Shown: positions 51,367 to 61,093, counted from the stretch's first letter. The stretch is DNA of 64,000 nucleotides from an uncultured bacterium (GCA_963813815.1 CAWFAD010000007.1:288001-352000); one strand, 5' to 3'. Made by a program: numbers and translations. The notes: generated by a model from the sequence alone, not told the origin.

Positions 51367-53046
51367 ATGGGAGAGAAGATCACCTTCAAGAGCTTCAAGG
51401 AAATGCCGATCTGCGCCATGTCGGTCGCCGACATGACCTACAACCTCACCGGCTCGTGGCGCAACGTGCGGCCGTACTACGATTTCAAGGTCTCCCCGTG
51501 CCGTCTCGGCTGTCCGACGATGGAGAACATCCAGCGGTACATCTACCTCGCGACGCAGGATAAGTACGAGGAAGCGTGGCGCGAGCTCATGGAGCAGAAC
51601 CCCATGCCCGCGGTCACGGGGCGCGTGTGCTTCCATCCGTGCATGGAGAAATGCACGCGCAAGGATTTCGATCAGGCGATCAATATCCCGGCCATCGAGC
51701 GGGCGATCGGCGACCGCGGTCTCGACAATCCGGGCTGGATGAAGAAGGCGCCCGCGACCAAGAAGGAAAAAGTGGCGGTCGTCGGCGGCGGTCCCGCCGG
51801 ACTCTCGGCCGCCTACTACCTCGCTCGGCGGGGATACCCCGTCACGATCTTCGAGGCCGGTCCCCTGCTCGGGGGAACGCTCCGCTGGGGCATTCCCGAG
51901 TACCGTCTCCCGAACGGCGTCCTCGACCGCGTCATCGCGCAGATCGTCGAATCGGGGCCGATCACGGTGAAGACGGGAACAGCGCTCGGATCGGGCGTTT
52001 CGCTCGCGGAGCTCGAGAAGGAGTTCGCGTCGGTGTTCGTCGGCGTCGGCCTCGCCCGCAGCCGTCCTCTCGGCGTCGCCGGCGAGGAGGGACGCGGCGT
52101 CGAGCGGGGTCTCGAGTTTCTCCGAAAGGTGAACGGCGGGGAGCGGGTCGATCCGGGGCGGTCGGTGGCGGTCGTCGGCGGCGGCAACACGGCGATGGAC
52201 GTCGCCCGCTGCGCCCGCCGCGCCGGCGCCGAGGTTACGGTCGTCTACCGCCGCACGATGAACGAGATGCCCGCCATCAAGGACGAGATCGAAGAGGCGG
52301 AGCACGAGGGAGTGCGGTTCCGGTTCCTCGCGGCCCCGAAGAGCATCGAGCGCCCGGCCTCCGGTCCCCTCGTCGTCCGCTTCCAAGAGATGAAGCTCGG
52401 CGAGCCGGACGAGTCGGGCCGGCGCCGACCCGTGAACGACGGGGACAAGACCTTCACGCTCGAGGTCGACACGCTCTTCACGGCGATCGGCGAGGAGGCC
52501 GACGCGGCTCCGTTCGAGGGGGCCATCGAGAGAGACGGCAATCTCATCGCGACGAAGGGGGAGTGGGGGGAAACCTCGAGGAAGAAAATCTTCGCCGGCG
52601 GAGACGTCGTGACGGGAGCGGCGAGCGTCGTCGAGGCGATCGTCGCGGGACGGAAGGCCGCCGAGCGCATCGGCCGGATGCTCTCCGGGGAGCCGGAGCC
52701 CGCCGTTGCGGAGCCGAGAACGATCAGCATCGAGAACATCAATACGGCGTACTTCACCAAGGTCAAGCGCGGGTCCGTGCCGCGCATTCCTCTCGATGAA
52801 GCGCTCGCCGGTTACCGCGAGATCCACACCGGCTACGACGACCGGATGCTTCACCGCGAGGCGGACCGCTGTTTCTCGTGCGGCGTCTGCAACTTCTGCG
52901 ACAACTGCTGGGTGTTCTGCCCCGACGTCGCCGTGCGGCGCCTCGACGAGGAGTACGAGTTCAACTACGATTTCTGCAAGGGCTGCCTCGTCTGCGTGAT
53001 CGAATGCCCGCGGAGCGCCATCTCGACGCGGGAGGAGGGAAAATGA
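51367..53046 (+). CDS. Delta subunit fused with GltD-like FAD/NAD(P)-binding Fe-S oxidoreductase
   Basis: TGSWRNVRP; CRLGCP, GRVCFHPC, GGGPAG, GGGNTAMD; C-terminal 2x[4Fe-4S]. Confidence 0.85.
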   Translation: MGEKITFKSFKEMPICAMSVADMTYNLTGSWRNVRPYYDFKVSPCRLGCPTMENIQRYIYLATQDKYEEAWRELMEQNPMPAVTGRVCFHPCMEKCTRKDFDQAINIPAIERAIGDRGLDNPGWMKKAPATKKEKVAVVGGGPAGLSAAYYLARRGYPVTIFEAGPLLGGTLRWGIPEYRLPNGVLDRVIAQIVESGPITVKTGTALGSGVSLAELEKEFASVFVGVGLARSRPLGVAGEEGRGVERGLEFLRKVNGGERVDPGRSVAVVGGGNTAMDVARCARRAGAEVTVVYRRTMNEMPAIKDEIEEAEHEGVRFRFLAAPKSIERPASGPLVVRFQEMKLGEPDESGRRRPVNDGDKTFTLEVDTLFTAIGEEADAAPFEGAIERDGNLIATKGEWGETSRKKIFAGGDVVTGAASVVEAIVAGRKAAERIGRMLSGEPEPAVAEPRTISIENINTAYFTKVKRGSVPRIPLDEALAGYREIHTGYDDRMLHREADRCFSCGVCNFCDNCWVFCPDVAVRRLDEEYEFNYDFCKGCLVCVIECPRSAISTREEGK

Positions 53047-54194
53047 AGAAGGTCATCATGGGGAATCACGCCGTGAGCTACGGCGTGAGGGCCTCCGATG
53101 TCAAGGTCATCTCCGCGTATCCGATCACGCCGCAGACGCAGGTCGTGGAGCTGCTGTCCGAGATGTGCGCGAACGGCGAGCTCGAAGCGAAGTTTATCGC
53201 GGTCGAATCCGAGCACTCCGCGCTCACCGCGTGCGTCGGCGCCTCGTCGGCGGGCTCGCGGACCTTCACCGCGACCTCCTCGCAGGGGCTTCTCCTCATG
53301 CACGAGATCATCCACTGGGCCGTGGGGGCGCGGCTCCCGATCGTGATGTCGAACGTGAACCGCGCCGTCGGGCCTCCGTGGAGCATCTGGACCGACCAGA
53401 ACGACTCGCTGTCGCAGCGCGACACGGGCTGGCTCCAGATCTACTGCGAGAGCAATCAGGAGGTGCAGGACACGATCGTGCAGGCGTTCAAGATCGCCGA
53501 GACGGTGATGCTGCCGGTCATGATCGTCCTCGACGCTTTCTTCCTCTCGCACACCTTCGAGATCGTCGACATTCTGGAGCCGGAAATGGTGAGGCCCTTC
53601 CTGCCGCCGTACCGGCCCGCTCGGAAGATCGACGTCGCCGACCCGCACTCGTTCGGGAACCTCGCCGGTCCCGGCGAGTACTTCGAGCTCCGCTACATGA
53701 TCGAAAAGGCGATGGAGGATTCGCGCGAGGTGATCAAGCGCGTGGACCGGGAGTTCGAGGAGCGCTTCGGCCGCGGCTACGGCATCGTGAAGCCGTACCG
53801 CTGCGAGGACGCCGACTACATCCTCGTCACCTCCGGCACGGTCGCCTCGACGACGCGCGCCGTCGTCGACGCGATGCGCGCCGAGGGGGTCAAGATAGGA
53901 TCGCTCAAGGTGCGCGTGTTCCGGCCGTTCCCCTTCGCCGAGGTTCGGGCGGCGCTCTCGAAGGCGAAACGCATCGGCGTCATCGACCGCAACATCTCCT
54001 TCGGACATCACGGCATTTTCTACCAGGAGCTGAAGAGCGCCCTCTACGGGCGGTCGGACGTGCCCGTTCAAGGCTTCATCACCGGGCTCGGCGGGCGGGA
54101 CGTGACGCCCCCGGTGATCCGCTCGATCGCGGAGAAGCTCATCGCGGGAACGAATCTCGATCCCGACATCAACTGGATAGGAGTGAAGATATGA
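53043..54194 (+). CDS. porA: 2-oxoacid:ferredoxin oxidoreductase alpha subunit
   Basis: GNHAV, AYPITPQT, ESEHSA, TATSSQG, GLGGRD. Confidence 0.92.
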   Translation: MKKVIMGNHAVSYGVRASDVKVISAYPITPQTQVVELLSEMCANGELEAKFIAVESEHSALTACVGASSAGSRTFTATSSQGLLLMHEIIHWAVGARLPIVMSNVNRAVGPPWSIWTDQNDSLSQRDTGWLQIYCESNQEVQDTIVQAFKIAETVMLPVMIVLDAFFLSHTFEIVDILEPEMVRPFLPPYRPARKIDVADPHSFGNLAGPGEYFELRYMIEKAMEDSREVIKRVDREFEERFGRGYGIVKPYRCEDADYILVTSGTVASTTRAVVDAMRAEGVKIGSLKVRVFRPFPFAEVRAALSKAKRIGVIDRNISFGHHGIFYQELKSALYGRSDVPVQGFITGLGGRDVTPPVIRSIAEKLIAGTNLDPDINWIGVKI

Positions 54195-55099
54195 ACGAGC
54201 CAAAGATCCCGGCTCCCGAGCTCATGACGTCGGGCCACCTCGCCTGTCAGGGGTGCGGCGCCACTCAGGCGATGCGCTTCGCCCTGAAGGCGCTCGGGCC
54301 CCGCACGGCGCTCGTGCTTCCGGCCTGCTGCTGGTCGGTGATCGACGGCCCGTTCCCGCACTCCTCGCTCAAGGTGCCCATTCTTCACACGGCGTTCGAG
54401 GCCGCCGCCTCGACCGCCTCGGGCCTCAAGGCCGGTCTCGAGATGCGCGGCGACACGGAGACGGTCGTCATGGCGTGGGCCGGCGACGGAGGCACGTTCG
54501 ACATCGGCATCCAGGCGCTCTCGGGAGCGGCCGAGCGCAACGAGGACATCATCTACTGCTGCTACGACAACGAGGCCTACATGAACACGGGCATCCAGCG
54601 GAGCTCCTCGACTCCCATCGGCGCGTGGACGACCACGACGCCGGGCGTTCACTGGAAGAGGCGACCGAAGAAAAAGATGATCGACATCATGGCGGCGCAT
54701 TCGATTCCCTACATCGCCACCGCGTCGGTCGCCTATCCGCAGGATCTCATCGAGAAGTTCCGCAAAGCCCGCTCGATACGCGGAACGCGATTCCTGCACG
54801 TCTTCGCGCCGTGCCCCACCGGATGGAAGCTCGCCCCGGAGCTCTCCGTGGCGATGGCTCGGCAGGCCGTCACCGCGAAGGTCTTTCCGCTCGTCGAGGT
54901 CACGGACAACGGCAGAACGTGGAAGGTGTGGAAGGATTTCGAGCCGACGCCGGTCAAGGATTACATCATGGCGCAGGGGCGGTTCCGCCATCTCAAGGAA
55001 GACGAGCTGCGGATGGTCTCCGACGAGGTCGAGCGGAACTGGCAGTACCTCCTCTCGCGCGAGGCCGGCTCGAACCTCGTTCCGGGACTGCAGCAATAG
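54191..55099 (+). CDS. porB: 2-oxoacid:ferredoxin oxidoreductase beta (TPP-binding) subunit
   Basis: GHLACQGC, GDGG, YDNEAYMNTGIQRS, PCPTGW, QGRFRHL. Confidence 0.92.
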   Translation: MNEPKIPAPELMTSGHLACQGCGATQAMRFALKALGPRTALVLPACCWSVIDGPFPHSSLKVPILHTAFEAAASTASGLKAGLEMRGDTETVVMAWAGDGGTFDIGIQALSGAAERNEDIIYCCYDNEAYMNTGIQRSSSTPIGAWTTTTPGVHWKRRPKKKMIDIMAAHSIPYIATASVAYPQDLIEKFRKARSIRGTRFLHVFAPCPTGWKLAPELSVAMARQAVTAKVFPLVEVTDNGRTWKVWKDFEPTPVKDYIMAQGRFRHLKEDELRMVSDEVERNWQYLLSREAGSNLVPGLQQ

Positions 55100-55122
55100 G
55101 CGGTTCGGCCGCGGATCTCGAA

Positions 55123-55152
55123 CCCCCGGTTTCCCCGGGAGGCCGGGGGCTT
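55123..55152 (+). terminator. Hairpin after the oxidoreductase operon
   Basis: CCCCCGGTTTCCC/GGGAGGCCGGGGG stem; weak U tract. Confidence 0.45.
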
Positions 55153-55367
55153 CTCCTCGTTTCGTACAACTCCAGATAATTCAACGCCGTATTCTATTGT
55201 CCCGCCGCTGGTTTTGCGAATCCCGCTTGCAAAGTGAGACGGGGAAGGGCCCCGCGGCCGCCTCGCATCTTGAAGTATAACCGTATCGGAATGAAAACGT
55301 TATGGAGCGCCCGGGGGCGATGGTACGCATCTCGCGTAGAGCATGGCGTGCCCATTGGGAGGATCGT

Positions 55368-55802
55368 ATGATCAAACGCCGGATCATGAAAAACAGCGGA
55401 GGGATGACCCTCCTCGAAATACTCGTCGGACTGGCCATATTCGCCATAGGCTGCTTCACGCTCACGCAGGTGATCTTCGGCGCCATGAAATCCGGGGCGT
55501 CCGCGAGGAAGACGGTCGTGGCGACGACCCTCGCGCACGAGCGCATGTCGCAGATCATGAAGGCCGGACGCTTCGGCGATATCCGCGAGGAGAACTTTCC
55601 CGACGAGGATTACGGGCGCGTCGGCGGCGGCGCGGTGGACTACGGCTCGTACCGGCGGACGGTGACCATCACCGATTCGATGGACTCATCCGGGTCGAGC
55701 CTCATGAAAACGGTCGAGATCGAGGTCGAGTGGCGCGAGAGCGGAAGACGCCGGAACGTGTCGTTGCGCTCCTGCGTCACGCGCGCCGATATGATCGACT
55801 GA
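55368..55802 (+). CDS. Prepilin-type (PilV-like) minor pilin/pseudopilin
   Basis: Basic leader then G|MTLLEILVGLAIFAIG. Confidence 0.85.
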   Translation: MIKRRIMKNSGGMTLLEILVGLAIFAIGCFTLTQVIFGAMKSGASARKTVVATTLAHERMSQIMKAGRFGDIREENFPDEDYGRVGGGAVDYGSYRRTVTITDSMDSSGSSLMKTVEIEVEWRESGRRRNVSLRSCVTRADMID

Positions 55803-55954
55803 TGATGGAGCGGGGCCGGCCCGCCGCGCAATGGGGTCTGCGATCACGTCCGGCCGGGGCTTTTCCATATTGACAAACCGCAAAACTCCCTGTTATATAT
55901 AGTCTTGCCTTTTGGAGTATCCGTCGTGTCATGGCTTCTTCAAGGAAGTGTATC

Positions 55955-56671
55955 ATGATGCGGTACATAGCGATAGTGGCCCTTCTGGCCATCATTCCTC
56001 GAGCGGGATGCAAGCCGGCTCACCCGTCGAAGGTATATTCCGACCCTTCGTTCGAGCCGAACGCGGTGAGCTCGGTGCTCGTGGCGCCCTTCGCGAGCTC
56101 GATCCCGCGGGGCGAAGATCCGAACCGGCAATCGGAGCGCATCATGAACAGATCCATGTCCGACCTGCTTGCCGCTCGCGACGATTACCGGTTCCTCTCG
56201 CCGGACCAGTTCCAGTCGGCGGTCACCCGCGCCGGGCTCGACGAGGCTTGGGCCTCCTTCAAGGAAGGGTGGATGTCGAGGCACGTGATCGACAAGGAAT
56301 TTCTCGCGCGGCTCAAGGTGTCGCTCGGCGCCGAAGTGCTGCTGCTGCCGCACGTGTACCTGTGGAACAAGGACGAGGCGGATTACCGCGAGTCCGCGAC
56401 GAGCTCGGTGACGCAGGTGGGCGCGACGCTCGCCCTCGTCGAGATGGGCACGGGAAAGATTCTCTGGGAGGCGAGCGACGAGAACTTCCGCGAGGCGATC
56501 CGGAGCGAGAATCGCGAGGTCATTTCGAGCGGCGGCATCGATCGCCGCGTGTCCGGCGTATCGGGAACGGGACGCGACGTCTATGCGGCTCCTCCGTACG
56601 AGGAGGTCGCTCAGATCGTTCTCGAGGTGCTCGTCGACGCGCTCCCGCGGCGCGTGACCACCGTGCGATGA
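55955..56671 (+). CDS. Hypothetical lipoprotein
   Basis: Hydrophobic leader then AGC; TGKILW motif; ATGA overlap with tadA. Confidence 0.65.
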   Translation: MMRYIAIVALLAIIPRAGCKPAHPSKVYSDPSFEPNAVSSVLVAPFASSIPRGEDPNRQSERIMNRSMSDLLAARDDYRFLSPDQFQSAVTRAGLDEAWASFKEGWMSRHVIDKEFLARLKVSLGAEVLLLPHVYLWNKDEADYRESATSSVTQVGATLALVEMGTGKILWEASDENFREAIRSENREVISSGGIDRRVSGVSGTGRDVYAAPPYEEVAQIVLEVLVDALPRRVTTVR

Positions 56672-57151
56672 ACGACGAGCGGTGGATGGAAGCCGCTCTC
56701 CGCGAGGCGACGAAGGCCCTCCGGCGGGGCGAGGTTCCCATCGGGGCGGTCGTCGTGAAGGACGGCCGCGTCATCGGCAGAGGGTACAACCGCGTTGAGT
56801 CGCGCTCGTGCGCCACGGCGCACGCGGAGATCGTCGCGATCGAGAGCGCGTCGAGGAAGCTCGGCGATTGGCGCCTTGACGGCTGCTCCATGTACGCGAC
56901 GGTCGAGCCCTGTCACATGTGCCTCGGGGCGCTCTACCTCGCGCGCGCGGCGCGCGTCGTCTACGGCGCGAGGCAGCCGCGGAGCGGCGCCTGCGGCTCG
57001 GTGGACGATTTTCACCGAGCGGATCTTCTGGGGCACCGGATCGAGGTCATGGCGGGAGTGCGCGAGGCGGAGTGTCTCGCGTTGCTGAAGAGAGTTTTTC
57101 GACGGATTGCGCACGGAGGACGACAGTCGGAGAGATGCGAGAGCTGGCTGA
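56668..57151 (+). CDS. tadA: tRNA adenosine(34) deaminase, probable 1-bp frameshift near 57089 (uncorrected ORF runs to 57318)
   Basis: EVPIGAV, TAHAE, EPCHMC, GACGS. Confidence 0.88.
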
Positions 57152-57221
57152 ATCGGCACGATTGGAAATCGTGTGTGGAGGTAACACTCCACCGAGGGTT
57201 CGAATCCCTCTCTCTCCGCCA
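57129..57221 (+). tRNA. tRNA-Ser(GGA)
   Basis: CACGA-TTGGAAA-TCGTG, long variable arm, GCCA end. Confidence 0.94.
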
Positions 57222-57271
57222 GATATATCGCCGGCGCACCGCGCCCGGACGGGCAGAGGATAACGGCGCGC

Positions 57272-57361
57272 GGAGAGATGCCAGAGTGGTTGAATGGGAC
57301 GGTCTCGAAAACCGTTGAGCGGGTTTCCGCTCCGAGGGTTCGAATCCCTCTCTCTCCGCCA
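57272..57361 (+). tRNA. tRNA-Ser(CGA)
   Basis: ACGGT-CTCGAAA-ACCGT, long variable arm, GCCA end. Confidence 0.94.
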
Positions 57362-57406
57362 TAAATTCCTTGCCGCATAGCGGAAAATCGATATTATACA
57401 CGGAGT

Positions 57407-57482
57407 GGGGATGTAGCTCAGCTGGGAGAGCACCTCGTTCGCAACGAGGGGGTCGTCGGTTCGAATCCGATCATCTCCACCA
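57407..57482 (+). tRNA. tRNA-Ala(CGC)
   Basis: CCTCG-TTCGCAA-CGAGG; G3:U70; ACCA end. Confidence 0.95.
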
Positions 57483-57494
57483 AATTTTTTTCTT

Positions 57495-57770
57495 GGAGAT
57501 CGTGCTAGACGGGGAGGTAGCGGTGCCCTGTACCCGCAATCCGCTCAAGCGGGGTCGAATTCCCGGCTGAGGGGGTGTGGTTCTCGCGCGATCGACGTCG
57601 GGAAGTGGCGTTGATGGTCAGGTCCCGCGCAAGGGGAACCTGCCAAACCCGTCAGGACCGGAAGGTAGCAGCGGTACGCAGCCATTCTCCTGTGCCGCGG
57701 TCTCACCTGGCAGGAGCTAACCTCGACGTAAGAGCCGGGGGCGCCTCTCGAGGCCGGGTGCACGATCTCC
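57495..57770 (+). ncRNA. ffs: Large (Alu-domain) SRP RNA
   Basis: Alu-like GGGGAGGTAGCGGTGCCCTGTACCCGCAATCCGC; helix 8 TCAGGACCGGAAGGTAGCAGC; ends pair (GGAGATCGTGC/GCACGATCTCC); upstream of dnaX. Confidence 0.9.
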
Positions 57771-57798
57771 GGCGCCGCGTTCCGGGGGTCATCGGCAC

Positions 57799-59562
57799 AT
57801 GTCGTATCTCGTACTCGCTCGCAAGTGGCGGCCGCAGGTCTTCTCAGCGGTCATAGGCCAGGAGCACATCACCGAGACCCTCATGAAGGCGGTCGAGAAG
57901 AACCGCCTCGCCCATGCATACCTCTTCGCCGGACCCCGCGGCTGCGGCAAGACGACCACCGCCAGGCTGCTCGCGAAGATCATCAACTGCGAGAACCCGC
58001 GGGGCGCCGAGCCCTGCAACGAATGCGTCTCGTGCGTCGCCGTCGCCGAGGGGCGCCACCTCGACGTGATCGAGATCGACGGCGCCAGCAACCGCGGCAT
58101 CGACGAGATTCGCGATCTCCGCGAAAAGCTGAGCTACGCCCCCTCGCAGAGCCGCTCCAAAATCTACATCATCGACGAGGTCCACATGCTCACGCCGCAG
58201 GCGTTCAACGCGCTCCTCAAGACCCTCGAGGAGCCGCCCGCGCACGTGTACCTCGTGTTCGCGACGACGGAGCCGCACAAAGTGCCCGCGACCATCCAAT
58301 CGCGCTGCCAGCGGTTCAACTTCAAGCGGCTCGAGGTCGGCGAGATCGGCGCGCAGCTCGAGAGGATCTGCGCGGCCGAGAAGATCGCCCGCGAGGACGA
58401 GGCCCTCACGCTCATCGCGCGGCGCGCCGAGGGGAGCATGCGGGACGCGGAGAGCCTGCTCGACCAGTGCATCGCCGCCTCGGATGGGCCGGTGAGCCTC
58501 GAGCTCGTCCGGCGCGTGCTGGGGCTCGTGGACTCGCAGCTCACGATCGATCTCCTCGAGCGGATCGCCGCACGCGACCGCAAGGGCGTCCTCTCGATCG
58601 TCGACCGGGCCGTCGATGCGGGGCTCGATCTCGAGGAGTTTTTCCTCGCCTACATCGAGGGGCTGCGCAACCTCCTCGTGCTGAGCGTGCAGGGAGGAGC
58701 CTCGGCCGAGTATCTCGATCTCTCGGCGGGCGAGATCGAAGAGCTCGGGAAAGTGGCGAACACTCTCGGAACCGAGAGTCTGCTCTATCTCTTCCGCTCC
58801 GCCGCGCGGGGATACCGCGATCTCAAATCGTCGGGGCAACCGCGCTTCCAGCTCGAGGCGGCGTTCGCCGAGGCCGCCTCCTGGGAGTCGGCCGCGGAGG
58901 TCTCCGAGCTCATCCGCCGTCTCGATGGGGGCGGTGGCGCTCGGTGCGAGAGTCCGGCTCCGCAGCGCGCGGCTCCGCGAGCGAGGACGGACGAGCCTCC
59001 CCGCGCCGAACCGGCGAGGAGCGCGGCGGGGAGGTCCGCCGCGGTCGACCGACCGTCCCCGCCGGCCGGCGCATACGCGACGGTCGACCGGCCGGCCCCC
59101 GCGGAGGCTCGAGGCGGCGACGAGAGCGCCCTCGCGGCTCTCGGGGGGAAGGAGCAGTGGGAGCGTTTTCTCTCGCACATCCGCGAGGCGAGGCTCACGC
59201 TCGGCATCTGGCTCGGGGCCGCGCGCGTGGGAATCGTCGCCGGGAACCGGGTGGTCATCTCCTTCAGCCCGCAGAACCGCTTCGCTCGCGAAATGACGTT
59301 CGAGGAGAAGAACCGGCGGTTCATCGAGCATGAGCTCGAGCGGTTTTTCGGCAAGAAGCTCGTTCTCGAGGCCGGGGATGAGACGGGCGCGGCCGCCGAG
59401 CCGGCGGCCCCGGACAGCGCGCCGGCGCCGAAGCGGGCGTCGATGGATTCCCGGCTCGAGGCGATCGCGGACGGCGCGCCCGCGGTAAAGAAGCTCATCG
59501 AGGAGTACGACGGCGAGCTCTTCGCCGAACGCGGCGACGGACAGGAGGCATCGGGGGAATGA
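57799..59562 (+). CDS. dnaX: DNA polymerase III subunit gamma/tau
   Basis: ARKWRPQ, GPRGCGKTT, EIDGASN, IDEVHML, SRCQ. Confidence 0.96.
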   Translation: MSYLVLARKWRPQVFSAVIGQEHITETLMKAVEKNRLAHAYLFAGPRGCGKTTTARLLAKIINCENPRGAEPCNECVSCVAVAEGRHLDVIEIDGASNRGIDEIRDLREKLSYAPSQSRSKIYIIDEVHMLTPQAFNALLKTLEEPPAHVYLVFATTEPHKVPATIQSRCQRFNFKRLEVGEIGAQLERICAAEKIAREDEALTLIARRAEGSMRDAESLLDQCIAASDGPVSLELVRRVLGLVDSQLTIDLLERIAARDRKGVLSIVDRAVDAGLDLEEFFLAYIEGLRNLLVLSVQGGASAEYLDLSAGEIEELGKVANTLGTESLLYLFRSAARGYRDLKSSGQPRFQLEAAFAEAASWESAAEVSELIRRLDGGGGARCESPAPQRAAPRARTDEPPRAEPARSAAGRSAAVDRPSPPAGAYATVDRPAPAEARGGDESALAALGGKEQWERFLSHIREARLTLGIWLGAARVGIVAGNRVVISFSPQNRFAREMTFEEKNRRFIEHELERFFGKKLVLEAGDETGAAAEPAAPDSAPAPKRASMDSRLEAIADGAPAVKKLIEEYDGELFAERGDGQEASGE

Positions 59563-59870
59563 AGGACCTCGGAAAGCTCATGAAGCAGGCGCAGCAGGTT
59601 CAGGCGCGGCTGGCTGAAATGCAATCACACCTTGCCGAGAAAACGGTCGAGGCCTCCTCGGGCGGCGGCATGGTCGTGGCCGTCATGAACGGAAAGCACG
59701 AGATCGTTTCGCTCAAAATCGATCCCGAGGTGGTGAACCCGGCCGACGTCGAGATGCTCGAGGATCTCGTCGTCGCGGCGCTGAACGAGGCCCGCGGCCG
59801 TATAGACGAGATGATCCGGGCCGAAATGAGCCAGCTCACGGGCGGGATGCCCATGCCCGGACTTTTCTAA
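59559..59870 (+). CDS. ybaB: YbaB/EbfC nucleoid-associated protein
   Basis: MKQAQQ, SGGGMV, EMLEDLVVAA. Confidence 0.93.
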   Translation: MKDLGKLMKQAQQVQARLAEMQSHLAEKTVEASSGGGMVVAVMNGKHEIVSLKIDPEVVNPADVEMLEDLVVAALNEARGRIDEMIRAEMSQLTGGMPMPGLF

Positions 59871-59961
59871 CCGGTTGTCGGTTCGGCAGATCCCCGATAC
59901 CCATCCTTTTCGTTCCAATCGCCGGATAAGGCAAGGTTTTTGCTAACAAGGAGAATTGGTA

Positions 59962-60561
59962 ATGAATTACGGCCTTCCGCTGCTCCAGGCCCTCATTGAC
60001 CACTTTAGGAAACTGCCTGGAGTGGGCGAAAAAACGGCGCGAAGACTGGCGTTTTCGATACTGGACATGGACGGGGAGGAGGTCCGGGAGTTTGCCGAGA
60101 CGCTCGTGCAGGTCAAAGGTCGCATCGGATTTTGCAATCGATGCGGAAACCTCGCCGAGGGGGATCTCTGCGGCATCTGCCGTGACGAGAAGCGCACCGG
60201 GGCCATCCTATGCGTCGTTGAACGGGCGGCCGACCTTTACGTTCTCGAGGCCGCGAGTCAGTATCGGGGCCGCTATCACGTTTTGCACGGGGTCCTTTCA
60301 CCCCTTGATGGAGTCGGACCGGGAGATCTGAATCTCGAATCGCTCGGGCGCCGCGTGCGGGAGGAGGGGGTCGAGGAGGTCATCGTCGCGACGAACCCGA
60401 GCATCGAAGGAGACACGACGGCTCTCTATATAGCGAGAATGCTGAAGGAAAGCGGCGTCAAGGTGACGCGGCCGGCGCGCGGGCTTCCGATGGGGAGCTC
60501 ACTGGAGTACGTCGACCGCGGGACCATCACGAAGGCCCTCGAAGGGCGCGAACCGATCTAG
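59962..60561 (+). CDS. recR: Recombination mediator RecR
   Basis: LPGVGEKTA, C4 zinc finger, YHVLHG.LSP, ATNP, ARGLP. Confidence 0.96.
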   Translation: MNYGLPLLQALIDHFRKLPGVGEKTARRLAFSILDMDGEEVREFAETLVQVKGRIGFCNRCGNLAEGDLCGICRDEKRTGAILCVVERAADLYVLEAASQYRGRYHVLHGVLSPLDGVGPGDLNLESLGRRVREEGVEEVIVATNPSIEGDTTALYIARMLKESGVKVTRPARGLPMGSSLEYVDRGTITKALEGREPI

Positions 60562-60595
60562 GAGAGACTCCGCGAATCGGAAAGCGAGACAGGCG

Positions 60596-61093
60596 ATGGT
60601 CAGAACGAACTGGAAGGTTTTCGAAGAAGATTACTGGGCGATCAACACGATCCTCCAGGAGCTTCTCAAGAACTCGAACTCGGCGAGCGTGCTCCTCCTC
60701 GACAAGACGGGCCAGCTCATCTCGAGTCTCGGCGAACCGCCGCAGTTCGATATGCACAGCTTCGCCTCGCTCTGCGCGGCCGATTTCGAGGCGAACGCGC
60801 AGCTCGCCACCCTCATCGGGGAGAAGGATTTCTCGACGCTCTACCATCAGGGGTCGAACGAGAGCATGTATCTCGCCCGCGTCGAGCAGAACATCATCCT
60901 CGTCATCCTCTTCGACCGGCGCACGACGCTCGGGCTCGTGCGGCTGCGGGCGAAGAAGGCCGTCGACAACCTCGAGACGGTTCTCAAACGCCTTTTCGGC
61001 AAGCTCGAGTACGAGAACGAGGAGCTCAGCGAGTTCAACGAGGAGTTCGTGCAACAGGCCGAGATGGAGATCGACAGCCTCTTCACCGACTGA
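60596..61093 (+). CDS. mglB: Roadblock/LC7 protein MglB
   Basis: LLDKTGQLI, LIGEKDFS.LYHQG, LGLVRLR. Confidence 0.9.
   Translation: MVRTNWKVFEEDYWAINTILQELLKNSNSASVLLLDKTGQLISSLGEPPQFDMHSFASLCAADFEANAQLATLIGEKDFSTLYHQGSNESMYLARVEQNIILVILFDRRTTLGLVRLRAKKAVDNLETVLKRLFGKLEYENEELSEFNEEFVQQAEMEIDSLFTD

Noticed and set aside
57192..57361. Identical ~30-bp direct repeat CCGAGGGTTCGAATCCCTCTCTCTCCGCCA
   Set aside because: These are the 3' ends of two complete tRNA-Ser genes, not att sites or CRISPR repeats; no integrase nearby
58930..59120. Short duplication (AVDRPSP/TVDRPAP) or a programmed frameshift in dnaX
   Set aside because: Ordinary Pro/Ala linker; no A-rich slippery site seen
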